Shown here piece by piece: positions 49,868 through 59,319 of a stretch of DNA of 64,000 nucleotides. This DNA comes from an uncultured Bacilli bacterium (GTDB taxonomy: Bacteria > Bacillota_I > Bacilli_A > RF39 > UBA660), in NCBI GenBank assembly GCA_934148995.1, contig CAKPDM010000003.1, positions 66,148 through 130,147 of the forward strand, given 5' to 3'. A program made the position numbers and the translations under genes. Each line of letters begins with the position of its first letter. The first letter of the stretch is position 1. The notes under the pieces are model-generated. The model saw nothing but the letters and a program-made list of their open reading frames with translations, searched no databases and was not told where the DNA came from.

Positions 49868-51988
49868 ATGAATATACAAGATTATGCTTTAGATATTGGA
49901 AAGAGTGTAGAAGATGTTTTAGCTAAGATGGCTACTTTAAAACTTATCACTACTGATCCTAATCGCCTTTTAAGTGATGATGAGGTTATTCTTCTTGATA
50001 ATGCTTTTCAAGATGAAGAGGATTATGTTCCAAGTGAAGATGTGAATGATGAGATAGTAGAAGATATTGCACTTTCTATGAAAGCTGAAGAAATTGCTTA
50101 TGGTAATAGTTCTTATAATAAGGAGAGTAAGAAACCTTCTAAAAAGAACAAGGTAACTAAAGGTTCTAATACTAAATTTAGAGAAGAAAGAAAAAAACTT
50201 TACAAGCATAGAGAAAAATTACAAAGTAATGAAACAGCCAAAGATGATTCTGTTATTCTTTATAAAGAAGGAATGACAGTAGGAGATGTGGCAAATTGTG
50301 CTAATGTTTCTCCTAGTGAAGTTATTAAGAAACTTATGGGTTTAGGAATCTTAGCAACAGTTAATAAAACATTATCGTTTGATGATGTTGAAGTTCTTGC
50401 TTTAGAGTTTAATAAAACTGTTAAAAAGGAAGAAACCCAAGATATCTCTAATTTTGAAAATTATGAACTTGTAGATAGTGATGATGATTTAGTAGAACGT
50501 CCACCAGTAGTAACTATTATGGGACATGTTGATCATGGTAAAACTACTTTACTTGATTATTTAAGAAAAAGTAGTGTAGCTAGTGGTGAAGCTGGTGGTA
50601 TCACTCAAGCAATCGGTGCTTATCAAGTAAAATGTAAAGGTAAAGATATAACCTTTATTGACACACCTGGTCATGAAGCTTTTACCGAAATGCGAGCTAG
50701 AGGAGCATCTGTTACTGATATAGTTATAATTATAGTAGCAGCAGATGATGGAGTAAAACCTCAAACTAAAGAAGCAATTGATCATGCTAAAGCAGCAAAA
50801 GTTCCAATTATTGTTGCAATTAATAAGATTGATAAACCAGAAGCTAATATTGATAGAGTAATGACGGGTTTAGTAGATGCTGGACTTACTCCAGAAGAAT
50901 GGGGTGGAGATACTCTAGTTAATAAAATATCAGCAGTTACTGGTGAAGGTGTTGAAGATTTACTTGAAAACATTTTATTAATAGCAGAAATGCAAGAGTT
51001 AAAAGCTAACCCGAAAAGATATGCAACCGGAGCTGTTTTAGAAAGTCAAATGGATAAGCATATGGGTAGTGTTGTAACTTTATTAATTCAAAATGGTACT
51101 TTAAGATTAGGTGATCCAATCGTAGTTGGTACATCTTTTGGCAAAGTTAGAACATTAAAGAATGATTTAGGTCAAAATATTGTTTCGGCGACACCATCTA
51201 TGCCAGTAGAAATTACTGGATTATCTGAAACACCAAAAGCGGGCGATAAATTTATGGCTTTTGAAACAGAAAAACAAGCTAAATCTATCGCTGAAGAACG
51301 TAGTTTAAGAGCTAAAGAAGCGGATACTAATCGTACTGGTATGACTCTTGATGATTTATTTGGTCAAATAAATGAAGGGTTAAAAGAGATTAATATTGTT
51401 TTAAAAACAGATGTTACTGGTAGTTTAGAAGCTGTAAGACAATCTCTTGAAAAAATTGATGTTGAAGGAGTTAAGGTTAATATCATAAGAGCAAGTGTTG
51501 GGGCTATTACAGAAAGCGATATTGTTCTTGCTCAAGCTTCAAATGCCATTATTATTGGTTTTAATGTAAGAGGTAGTGGCAAAGTAATGGACCTAGCTAA
51601 AGAATATGGTGTATCTATTAGAACTTATGATATTATTTATAAAGTAGTTGAAGAGATGGAAGCTGCTATGAAAGGTATGTTAGAACCTGAGTACGAAGAA
51701 GTTGTTACTGGTAACTTAGAAATTCGTCAAATATTCAAATTTTCTAAGGTTGGTTTAATTGCAGGTTGTCACGTAACTAACGGAACTATTAAAATGGGAG
51801 AAAATGCTAGACTTATTCGTGATGGTATAGTTGTTTATCAAGGCAAAATCAAGTCACTTCAACGTGGTAAAGATAATGCTAAAGAAGTTAGCAAGGGTAT
51901 GGATTGTGGACTTACTTTAGAAAATTGTCAAGACTACAAAGAAAATGATCAGATTGAAGTGTATGATTTAGTAGAAGTTAAAAGATAA
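49868..51988 (+). CDS. infB: translation initiation factor IF-2
   Basis: G domain RPPVVTIMGHVDHGKTTLLD, DTPGHEAF and NKID, plus conserved C-terminal domains. Confidence 0.95.
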   Translation: MNIQDYALDIGKSVEDVLAKMATLKLITTDPNRLLSDDEVILLDNAFQDEEDYVPSEDVNDEIVEDIALSMKAEEIAYGNSSYNKESKKPSKKNKVTKGSNTKFREERKKLYKHREKLQSNETAKDDSVILYKEGMTVGDVANCANVSPSEVIKKLMGLGILATVNKTLSFDDVEVLALEFNKTVKKEETQDISNFENYELVDSDDDLVERPPVVTIMGHVDHGKTTLLDYLRKSSVASGEAGGITQAIGAYQVKCKGKDITFIDTPGHEAFTEMRARGASVTDIVIIIVAADDGVKPQTKEAIDHAKAAKVPIIVAINKIDKPEANIDRVMTGLVDAGLTPEEWGGDTLVNKISAVTGEGVEDLLENILLIAEMQELKANPKRYATGAVLESQMDKHMGSVVTLLIQNGTLRLGDPIVVGTSFGKVRTLKNDLGQNIVSATPSMPVEITGLSETPKAGDKFMAFETEKQAKSIAEERSLRAKEADTNRTGMTLDDLFGQINEGLKEINIVLKTDVTGSLEAVRQSLEKIDVEGVKVNIIRASVGAITESDIVLAQASNAIIIGFNVRGSGKVMDLAKEYGVSIRTYDIIYKVVEEMEAAMKGMLEPEYEEVVTGNLEIRQIFKFSKVGLIAGCHVTNGTIKMGENARLIRDGIVVYQGKIKSLQRGKDNAKEVSKGMDCGLTLENCQDYKENDQIEVYDLVEVKR

Positions 51989-51992
51989 GAAA

Positions 51993-52025
51993 AAGAATGA
52001 ACCTATAACTGGCTCATTCTTTTTA
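51993..52025. terminator. bidirectional hairpin between infB and the antisense Rpn fragment
   Basis: AAGAATGA ... TCATTCTT followed by TTT. Confidence 0.5.
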
Positions 52026-52239
52026 TATCTTCTAATGATATATTAATCATTCTTGAAATTTCTTCTAGTGTTAAACCATAATTAAGCATCTTTGAAATTG
52101 CTTCTCGTCGACCTTCTTCGTATCCGATTTTCTCGGCATATTCCATCTTTGCTCTTTCTTTCCACTTCCTATCTTTCTCCGCATCATAAAGACCAATAGT
52201 GTTGATATCAAAAGTATCTTTTTCAATTTCTTTTTCCAT
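52003..52239 (-). CDS. stand-alone Rpn C-terminal-domain ORF (diverged copy)
   Basis: MEKEIEKDTFDINTIGLYDAEKDRKWKE... parallels residues about 235-305 of the adjacent full-length gene. It has its own AAGGGAGAG SD. A degenerate trace of more upstream Rpn coding sequence is visible at 52270-52305. Confidence 0.45.
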   Translation of the reverse strand: MEKEIEKDTFDINTIGLYDAEKDRKWKERAKMEYAEKIGYEEGRREAISKMLNYGLTLEEISRMINISLEDIKRMSQL

Positions 52240-52352
52240 TTCTTTTGTCTCTCCCTTTTAAATCTTATTATAGTATTTCTTTTCTAACTTTTGAAGATTG
52301 TAGAGTATTTTCTGGGATTTCCCGTTATATTTTTTTCATAGTAAAAGATGGA

Positions 52353-53267
52353 TTATAATAAACCTATCTTTTTAACTTTCTCAAATGGAACTCCAGTCAT
52401 TTCTACTATGTTTTTTGGTTTTATACCATTATTAAGCATTGTAGTAATGATAGAAGCCTGTCCTTCTTCACGTCCAAGTTCAATACCTTCTTCACGTCCG
52501 ATTTTTTCTCGGTAAGCTAATTTTGCTTCTTCTTTCCATTTTCTATCTTTCTCTGCATCATAAAGACCGATAGTATTGATATCGAAAGTTGCTTCTTTAA
52601 TTTTTTCTACTGCTTCCATTAAATCTTCATCTCCTTTGCTAATTTCTTCTAAATCACTGATTTTATCAAGCTTAAGGATAAGTAAAGCTTTTTCAAGTTT
52701 ACTTAACTTATCCCCATTATAGTATTTCTTTTCTAACTTGGGAAGACTGATGTGATATTTTTTAAGATTTTCCGTTTCAATTTCTAATGTATCTTTATCT
52801 GTATAAACGAATTCAAGGATTGGTTTATCACTTTTAAAGTGCGTAAAATTATTGAAATTCACTTGTAAAAATCTTTGCATGTTACTAAAACTTTCAGAAA
52901 CATTCAAACTTTCTCCTTCAAGTTTTCCAAGATAAGCTTGATTTCTGATTAGTAGACCATCATAGTATTCACTATTCATCTCAAAGTTTATTAAAGACTT
53001 ATCAATCTTAGCGATAAAGTCAGATATCTTCTTTCGCTCTTTAGCATTACTAAGTGGTAACTCATTGTTTTGAATAATAATATTCTTAAGCAAATCATCT
53101 TTATCAATATTAGTAAATTCACTAATTAGAAAAGTAACATAAGCAGGACAAGAAGACATAACAATCTTGAACATAGTATCAGTAGTAGCAGGGATAACCT
53201 TACCATCTTTGATAAGTTGTTCTTTTATTTTGTTAAGCTTTTTAGAAATGTCAATCTCTTTCGTCAT
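52353..53267 (-). CDS. Rpn/YhgA-like PD-(D/E)XK nuclease-family protein, copy 2
   Basis: Paralog of 12344-13273: IPATTDTMFKIVMSSCP, SDFIAKIDKSLINFEMN, DINTIGLYDAEKD. ATG 53267 (MTKEIDIS) follows GGGGGTGAT. Confidence 0.65.
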   Translation of the reverse strand: MTKEIDISKKLNKIKEQLIKDGKVIPATTDTMFKIVMSSCPAYVTFLISEFTNIDKDDLLKNIIIQNNELPLSNAKERKKISDFIAKIDKSLINFEMNSEYYDGLLIRNQAYLGKLEGESLNVSESFSNMQRFLQVNFNNFTHFKSDKPILEFVYTDKDTLEIETENLKKYHISLPKLEKKYYNGDKLSKLEKALLILKLDKISDLEEISKGDEDLMEAVEKIKEATFDINTIGLYDAEKDRKWKEEAKLAYREKIGREEGIELGREEGQASIITTMLNNGIKPKNIVEMTGVPFEKVKKIGLL

Positions 53268-53460
53268 GGTGTCATCACCCCCTTTCGCCATTAATCTAAC
53301 ATAAGAAAGATTAGAACGCAAAAAGGGAAAAATGACAAATTCACCCCCTAAAAACTCCTGAATTTGCTAAATTGCTCGGTGAATTTGTTAAATTCCGCAC
53401 TATAACATGCCTGAAAATGACAAATTGACCTTAAAAAGCATAAATTTAATTTTTTTAAAA
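53268..53460 (-). repeat. conserved leader of the Rpn-like element (copy 2)
   Basis: See 12157-12343. Multiple GCAAATTC/GAATTTGC-type motifs. Confidence 0.6.
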
Positions 53461-53531
53461 CTACCATATTGACTTCCTTTTTTTACGGCCTGATGTTATA
53501 CTATTCTTGGTTAAGGGAGGAGAAAGGTTTT

Positions 53532-53900
53532 ATGGCTAATATTAAAATAGAGAGAATTAATCATGCCGTTCAAGAAGAACTAATGAGTATTTTATTCTTA
53601 GAAGCAAAAGATGAATTATTAAAAAAAGTTACTATTACTGATTGTGAAGTATCAAGTGATTTAGGTTATTGTAAAGTATATGTAACAGTGATGAATGATG
53701 AGGAAAAAGGAGCAATACTAAAAGCATTAAATGATGCTAAGAGTTTCTTAAGAGGGGAGTTAAGTAAAAGAATAGATATTAGACATACTCCAGAATTAAC
53801 GTTTATATATGATGATTCTATCGCTTATGGATCTAGAATTGATGAAGTATTAGAAAAAATAGAGGATGAGAAGAATGAATTATCAGGTTCTAATAAATAG
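53532..53900 (+). CDS. rbfA: ribosome-binding factor A
   Basis: RINHAVQEELMSIL...VTITDCEVSSDLGYCKVYV...RHTPELTFIYD. ATG 53532 follows AAGGGAGGAG. Confidence 0.9.
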   Translation: MANIKIERINHAVQEELMSILFLEAKDELLKKVTITDCEVSSDLGYCKVYVTVMNDEEKGAILKALNDAKSFLRGELSKRIDIRHTPELTFIYDDSIAYGSRIDEVLEKIEDEKNELSGSNK

Positions 53901-55248
53901 AGAAAATGAGTATGAAAAGCAAGACTTTCAAAATGCTAAGTATGCAACTTATACTAATAGTTTAGGAGAAGATATCATCTTAGAAAAAAGGACATTACAA
54001 GCATTTTTTAATCTACAAAGTGAATTTATGGCAGATATTAAACTAGATATAAATAGTGGGTATCGAACAATAGAAGAACAAGAAAAAATTTATAATGAAG
54101 ATAAAATTTATGCGGCAGAACCAGGTTTTAGTGAACATCATTCTGGACTTTGCTTTGATTTGTTTTTAATTGATAATGGGGTAGTAGTAGATGATAATGA
54201 AACACTAAAAAGTGCTAAGTATCAAGAATTTTTCAAAAAAGTAGAGAAGAAAGCTAGTAAATATGGACTTATTTTAAGATATCCATTAGGTAGAGAAGTA
54301 ATAACTACTTATCCATATGAGCCTTGGCATTATCGTTATGTTACTATTTCTACTGCAAAGATTATTTATGATAAGAAAATAACTTTAGAAGAGTATCATA
54401 GGTTATTCCGTCGTAGTGGTATCTTATTACTTAATAAGAAAAAAGGTATGACTTCAAGAGATGTAGTAAATATTGTTAGTAAAAGATTTGATACTAAGAA
54501 AGTAGGACATAATGGAACACTTGATCCATTAGCAACTGGTTTATTAGTAGTAACGATTAATAATGCTACTAAAATTAATGAGTTTTTAACTGCATATGAA
54601 AAAGAGTATGAAGCGAAAGTACTTATCGGTACTAGAACAGATACAGGAGATGTTACTGGTAAGGTCTTAGCAAAAGAAGAAGTAACTTTATCAAAAGAGC
54701 AAATAGTAAAGATGATAAATGAATTTCCAAAAGAGTATTTGCAAGAAGTACCAATCTATTCAGCTGTTAAGATTAATGGAAAGAAACTATATCAATATGC
54801 TAGAAATGGTGAAGAAGTAGAACTTCCTAAAAGACAAGTTGAAATAAAGAGTCTAGAATTACTAGCAACAACCCCAACAACATTTTCTTTTAGAACAACC
54901 GTATCTAAAGGTTGCTATATAAGAAGTGTAATAGAAGATATGGGTAAAATATTAGGAGTTCCTCTTACTATGTCTGCTCTTAAAAGAACAAAACAAGGTG
55001 ATTTTTCTTTAAAAGATGCTTACAACTTAGCAGGAGTAGATGAGAATGTAGAACTTATTACTATTACAGATGCTTTACAAGTGAAAACTGAAGAGTTAGA
55101 TAAAACCTTAGCAAAAAAGATTAAATCTGGTAATAAAATAAGAATAGATGAAAATATGGTTTTATTCTTAGAAGATGGTAAGGAACTAGCTTTATATTTA
55201 AAAACTGGTGAATATGCTAAACCTTTAAAAATGTTTAGTAATAAATAG
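53866..55248 (+). CDS. truB: fusion protein: M15B (VanY-like) D,D-peptidase domain plus tRNA pseudouridine-55 synthase TruB
   Basis: N-terminal 180 aa carry SGYRT, SEHHSGLCFDL and EPWHYRYV. From about 54410 comes canonical TruB: GILLLNKKKGMTSRDVV...GHNGTLDPLATGLLVV. It is a single uninterrupted frame. Confidence 0.8.
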   Translation: MRRMNYQVLINRENEYEKQDFQNAKYATYTNSLGEDIILEKRTLQAFFNLQSEFMADIKLDINSGYRTIEEQEKIYNEDKIYAAEPGFSEHHSGLCFDLFLIDNGVVVDDNETLKSAKYQEFFKKVEKKASKYGLILRYPLGREVITTYPYEPWHYRYVTISTAKIIYDKKITLEEYHRLFRRSGILLLNKKKGMTSRDVVNIVSKRFDTKKVGHNGTLDPLATGLLVVTINNATKINEFLTAYEKEYEAKVLIGTRTDTGDVTGKVLAKEEVTLSKEQIVKMINEFPKEYLQEVPIYSAVKINGKKLYQYARNGEEVELPKRQVEIKSLELLATTPTTFSFRTTVSKGCYIRSVIEDMGKILGVPLTMSALKRTKQGDFSLKDAYNLAGVDENVELITITDALQVKTEELDKTLAKKIKSGNKIRIDENMVLFLEDGKELALYLKTGEYAKPLKMFSNK

Positions 55249-55383
55249 AAAAATTTTCTTATTGTTAAATGTCAAAGATTATGATATTATTAAAATGTCA
55301 AAAATACTGATATTTGATAATAAGGAAGGTAGGAGACAGTTGTGGTAGTAGTAAAAAACTGTCAGCAATTAAATTCTGATTCA

Positions 55384-55411
55384 AGAAGTAGTAAACCTAC
55401 TTTCTTTTTTC
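55384..55411 (+). terminator. terminator downstream of truB
   Basis: AAGTAG-taaac-CTACTT followed by TCTTTTTT. Confidence 0.5.
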
Positions 55412-55488
55412 AATGATAGATTAATATCAAAAAGGTATAAATCTATCTTTTTTGTTAAATACTAAAATAGAAAGTGTAGGTTTTGATC

Positions 55489-57357
55489 ATGAAGAATAAA
55501 AAGAAAGATTTCATTTTAATATTAATAGCTTTTGTCTTACTAATAGCAATAGTAGGTATCAGTTATGCAGCATTTAACTATGTGGGAACTGGTCAAAAAT
55601 TAAATACAATCACAACCGGTACAATAACTATGGAATATGTAGAAAGTACCAATGTTATTTCTATGAATAATGCCCTTCCAACAACAGATGCAACAGGAAA
55701 GAAAAGGCTAAATACTGGAGAATATTTTGATTTTACAGTTAAATCATCAATTGCAGGAAATACCGATATCAACTATGAAATAGCAGCCAAAGAAGAAAGT
55801 GGAAATACTTTTAGCGGAAGTAATATCAGATATTATTTGACAACAGTAGATGCCAATGGAAAAGAAACAGAGGTAATGGCACCTCGTACATATTATGAAG
55901 AACCATCAGGTAATGGATATACAGGCCGCCCTGCTGATATGATGAGTCTATATACTGGAAACTTAAATCAACAAGGAACAACAGAAGTAAAATATAGATT
56001 AAGATTATGGGTAGATGAAAGTTACAATCCTCAAAATGATAATGGAGGACTAATTTACAAAGTAAAAGTAAATGTTTATGGTCAAACAAGTGACACTGTA
56101 GCTCAAGCAGAAGATACATATTGTAAAGATAATGGCTTTACAAAACTATCAGATTGTATGCTTGTTATGAACAATCACGAAGCATCAGCAGATGCAGCAG
56201 GAGCAGCAATCGTAGCAAAAGGAACACCAAACTTTGCAAAAATTGCACCCAATAGTAGTGAAACAGATGGATTATATGCAGCAGACGATGATGATGGAAC
56301 CAGTTATTATTATCGAGGAGCAGTAAGAAACAACTATGTATCATTCGCTGGATTTATGTGGAGAATAATCCGTCGAAATGGTGATGGAAGTATTCGTTTG
56401 ATCTATTCAGGAAAAACAACATCAGATACAGGAACAGCAGTAACAATTGGAAACTCACAATATAATGAAAAATATTGGGATCCAACATATGTAGGATATA
56501 AATATAACGAGAAGTTCTCACTACATGAAAGTAATGGAACAACAGGATATAATTGGTTTACCAATACACAAAAATATAACTATGGAACAGGTTATACATT
56601 TGATGAATCAACGAAGAAATTCACATTAACAGGAGAGATCAAGCAACTAACCTGGAAAGATAATCATGACGAAATAGTAAAAAATAATTTATATAGTTGC
56701 TTAAATACCTCATGTAACGTAGTTTATAAAGTAACAGGATATCAGAATGAAACAACAATGACGGTACAACCAATCTCATATAGTAGTGATAGTTATGCTG
56801 ATACTTTAACTAATACAACAAACTCAACAATAAAGACAACATTAGATACATGGTATAAGAATAACATGACAGCATATACATCATACTTAGCAGACACAAC
56901 ATTCTGTAATGATAGAAGTATAAATTGGGGATCAGGATATTTAACAACACCAACTACCACATATGGTGCATATGGACGTTTAGCAGAAAGAAGAACACCA
57001 AGCTTAAAATGTGCACAAGCTAATGATAAATTTACACTTACAAATGAGAGTGCAAAATTAGATTATCCAGTGTCATTAATAACAGCAGATGAGGCATCAA
57101 TGGCCGGAGGAGTTTATAATATAGCAAATAGTAATTATTATCTATATAATGGCCAATACACCTGGACGCTGTCTCCGTCTAGCTTCCGTTCTAACAACTC
57201 TATTGCGTACGTTTGGAGCGTGCGTCCTTCGGGCAGTTTGTACGCTTGGTATGACGTTACTGGTCCCATCGGGGCCCGTCCAGTTATCAACCTAAAGGCA
57301 GATACACAGATAACTAAGGGAGATGGAACCTCCTTAAATCCATATGTTGTTAAATAA
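55489..57357 (+). CDS. secreted TasA-like N-domain / lectin-like C-domain protein, tandem paralog A
   Basis: IVGISYAAFN...TTGTITMEY...NALPTTD. Central YYYRGAVRNNYVSFAGFMWRIIRRNGDGSIRLIYSG. C-terminus WTLSPS...GARPVINLKAD. Confidence 0.7.
   Translation: MKNKKKDFILILIAFVLLIAIVGISYAAFNYVGTGQKLNTITTGTITMEYVESTNVISMNNALPTTDATGKKRLNTGEYFDFTVKSSIAGNTDINYEIAAKEESGNTFSGSNIRYYLTTVDANGKETEVMAPRTYYEEPSGNGYTGRPADMMSLYTGNLNQQGTTEVKYRLRLWVDESYNPQNDNGGLIYKVKVNVYGQTSDTVAQAEDTYCKDNGFTKLSDCMLVMNNHEASADAAGAAIVAKGTPNFAKIAPNSSETDGLYAADDDDGTSYYYRGAVRNNYVSFAGFMWRIIRRNGDGSIRLIYSGKTTSDTGTAVTIGNSQYNEKYWDPTYVGYKYNEKFSLHESNGTTGYNWFTNTQKYNYGTGYTFDESTKKFTLTGEIKQLTWKDNHDEIVKNNLYSCLNTSCNVVYKVTGYQNETTMTVQPISYSSDSYADTLTNTTNSTIKTTLDTWYKNNMTAYTSYLADTTFCNDRSINWGSGYLTTPTTTYGAYGRLAERRTPSLKCAQANDKFTLTNESAKLDYPVSLITADEASMAGGVYNIANSNYYLYNGQYTWTLSPSSFRSNNSIAYVWSVRPSGSLYAWYDVTGPIGARPVINLKADTQITKGDGTSLNPYVVK
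57163..57285 (+). other. adenine-depleted hypervariable tract (candidate DGR variable region) of paralog A
   Basis: By hand count, about 16 A in about 123 nt. Invariant codons avoid A: tgg acg ctg tct ccg tct, gcg tac gtt tgg, cct tcg ggc, ggg gcc cgt. Confidence 0.5.
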
Positions 57358-57377
57358 TAGAAAGGAGGAAACATTTT

Positions 57378-59246
57378 ATGAAAAAACGAAGAAAAGAATT
57401 TTTAATGATCTTGTTTGTTTTAGTTTTATTAATTACTATAGTAGGTATCAGTTATGCAGCATTTAACTACGCGGGAACTGGTCAAAAGTTAAATACAATC
57501 ACAACTGGTACAATAACTATGGAATATGTAGAAAGTACAAACACAATTGCAATGACAGATGCATTGCCCACAACAATAGCAACCGGAAAAACAAGGTTGA
57601 AAGCTGGTGAATATTTTGATTTTACAGTAAAATCATCAATCACCGGTAATACAGATATCAACTATGAAATAGCAGCCAAAGAAGAGAATGGAAATACTTT
57701 TAGCGGAAGTAATATCAGATATTATTTGACAACAGTAGATGAAAACGGAAAAGAAACAGAAGTAATGGCACCTCGTACATATTATGAAGAAACATCAGGT
57801 AATGGATATACAGGTCGTCCTGCTGATATGATGAGTCTATATACAGGAAACTTAAATCAACAAGGAACAACAGAAGTAAAATATAGATTAAGATTATGGG
57901 TCGATGAAAGTTACAATCCTCAAAATGATAATGGAGGACTAATTTACAAAGTAAAAGTAAATGTTTACGGTCAAACAAGTGACACTGTAGCTCAAGCAGA
58001 AGATACTTATTGTAAAGATAATGGTTTTACAAAACTATCAGATTGTATGCTTGTTATGAATAATCATGAAGCATCAGCAGATCTAGCAGGAGCAGCAATC
58101 GTAGCCAAAGGAACACCAAACTTTGCACAAATTGCACCAAATAGTGATGAGACTGATGGCTTATATGCAGCAGACGATGATGATGGAACAAGCTATTATT
58201 ATCGAGGAGCAGTAAGAAATAATTATGTGTCATTCGCTGGATTTATGTGGAGAATTATCCGTCGAAATGGTGATGGAAGTATTCGTTTGATCTATTCAGG
58301 AAAAACAACATCAGATACAGGAACAGCAGTAACAATTGGAAATTCACAGTATAACGGAAAGTATTGGGATCCAACATATGTAGGATATAAATATAACGAG
58401 AAGTTCTCACTACATGAAAGCAATGGAACAACAGGATATAACTGGTTTACCAATACTCAAAAATATAATTTTGGAACAGGCTACAGTTTTGACGAATCAA
58501 CAAAGAAATTCACTTTAACAGGAGATATCAAGCAACTAACCTGGAAAGATAATCATGACGAAATAGTAAAAAATAATTTATATAGTTGCTTAAATACATC
58601 ATGTAACGTAGTTTATAAAGTAACAGGATATCAGAATGAAACAACAATGACGGTACAACCAATCTCATATAGTAGTGATAGTTATGCTGATACTTTAACT
58701 AATACAACAAACTCAACAATAAAGACAACATTAGATACATGGTATAAGAATAACATGACAGCATATACATCATACTTAGCAGACACAACATTCTGTAATG
58801 ATAGAAGTATAAATTGGGGATCAGGATATTTAACAACACCAACTACCACATATGGGGCATATGGACGTTTAGCAGAAAGAAGAACACCAAGCTTAAAATG
58901 TGCACAAGCCAATGATAAATTTACACTTACAAACGAAAGTGCAAAATTAGATTACCCAGTGTCATTAATAACAGCAGATGAAGCATCAATGGCTGGAGGC
59001 GTTTATGGAATAGCAAATAGTAATTATTATCTATATAATGGACAATACACCTGGACGCTGTCTCCGTCTTACTTCTACTCTTACTACTCTTTTGCGTACG
59101 TTTGGCGCGTCGGACCTTCGGGCAGCTTGGACGTTAGTATTGTCTCAAATTCCTTCGGGGCCCGTCCAGTTATCAACCTAAAGGCTGATACACAGATAAC
59201 TAAGGGAGATGGAACAGTTCTAAATCCATATGTTGTTAAGTCTTGA
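57378..59246 (+). CDS. secreted TasA-like N-domain / lectin-like C-domain protein, tandem paralog B
   Basis: Near-identical to paralog A, except the first roughly 100 aa (scattered changes) and the 3' tract. GAAAGGAGG SD. Confidence 0.75.
   Translation: MKKRRKEFLMILFVLVLLITIVGISYAAFNYAGTGQKLNTITTGTITMEYVESTNTIAMTDALPTTIATGKTRLKAGEYFDFTVKSSITGNTDINYEIAAKEENGNTFSGSNIRYYLTTVDENGKETEVMAPRTYYEETSGNGYTGRPADMMSLYTGNLNQQGTTEVKYRLRLWVDESYNPQNDNGGLIYKVKVNVYGQTSDTVAQAEDTYCKDNGFTKLSDCMLVMNNHEASADLAGAAIVAKGTPNFAQIAPNSDETDGLYAADDDDGTSYYYRGAVRNNYVSFAGFMWRIIRRNGDGSIRLIYSGKTTSDTGTAVTIGNSQYNGKYWDPTYVGYKYNEKFSLHESNGTTGYNWFTNTQKYNFGTGYSFDESTKKFTLTGDIKQLTWKDNHDEIVKNNLYSCLNTSCNVVYKVTGYQNETTMTVQPISYSSDSYADTLTNTTNSTIKTTLDTWYKNNMTAYTSYLADTTFCNDRSINWGSGYLTTPTTTYGAYGRLAERRTPSLKCAQANDKFTLTNESAKLDYPVSLITADEASMAGGVYGIANSNYYLYNGQYTWTLSPSYFYSYYSFAYVWRVGPSGSLDVSIVSNSFGARPVINLKADTQITKGDGTVLNPYVVKS
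59052..59171 (+). other. adenine-depleted hypervariable tract (candidate DGR variable region) of paralog B
   Basis: Same scaffold as 57163-57285, with about half of the intervening codons different and one codon fewer. Confidence 0.5.
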
Positions 59247-59266
59247 AAAAAATAAATATTAGAATA

Positions 59267-59296
59267 GAAAACGACAAATTTCTCGTTTTCTTTTTT
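59267..59296 (+). terminator. rho-independent terminator
   Basis: GAAAACGA-caaatttc-TCGTTTTC followed by TTTTTT. Confidence 0.75.
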
Positions 59297-59319
59297 GTAT
59301 GATGAAAATGGAGGTAGGA

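Noticed and set aside
57282-57315. Inverted repeat AGTTATC ... GATAACT just 3' of the hypervariable tract (also present in paralog B), considered as the hairpin that often follows DGR variable regions.
   Set aside because: It has only 7 bp of AT-rich stem with a roughly 20-nt loop, inside coding sequence. This is too weak to count as evidence.
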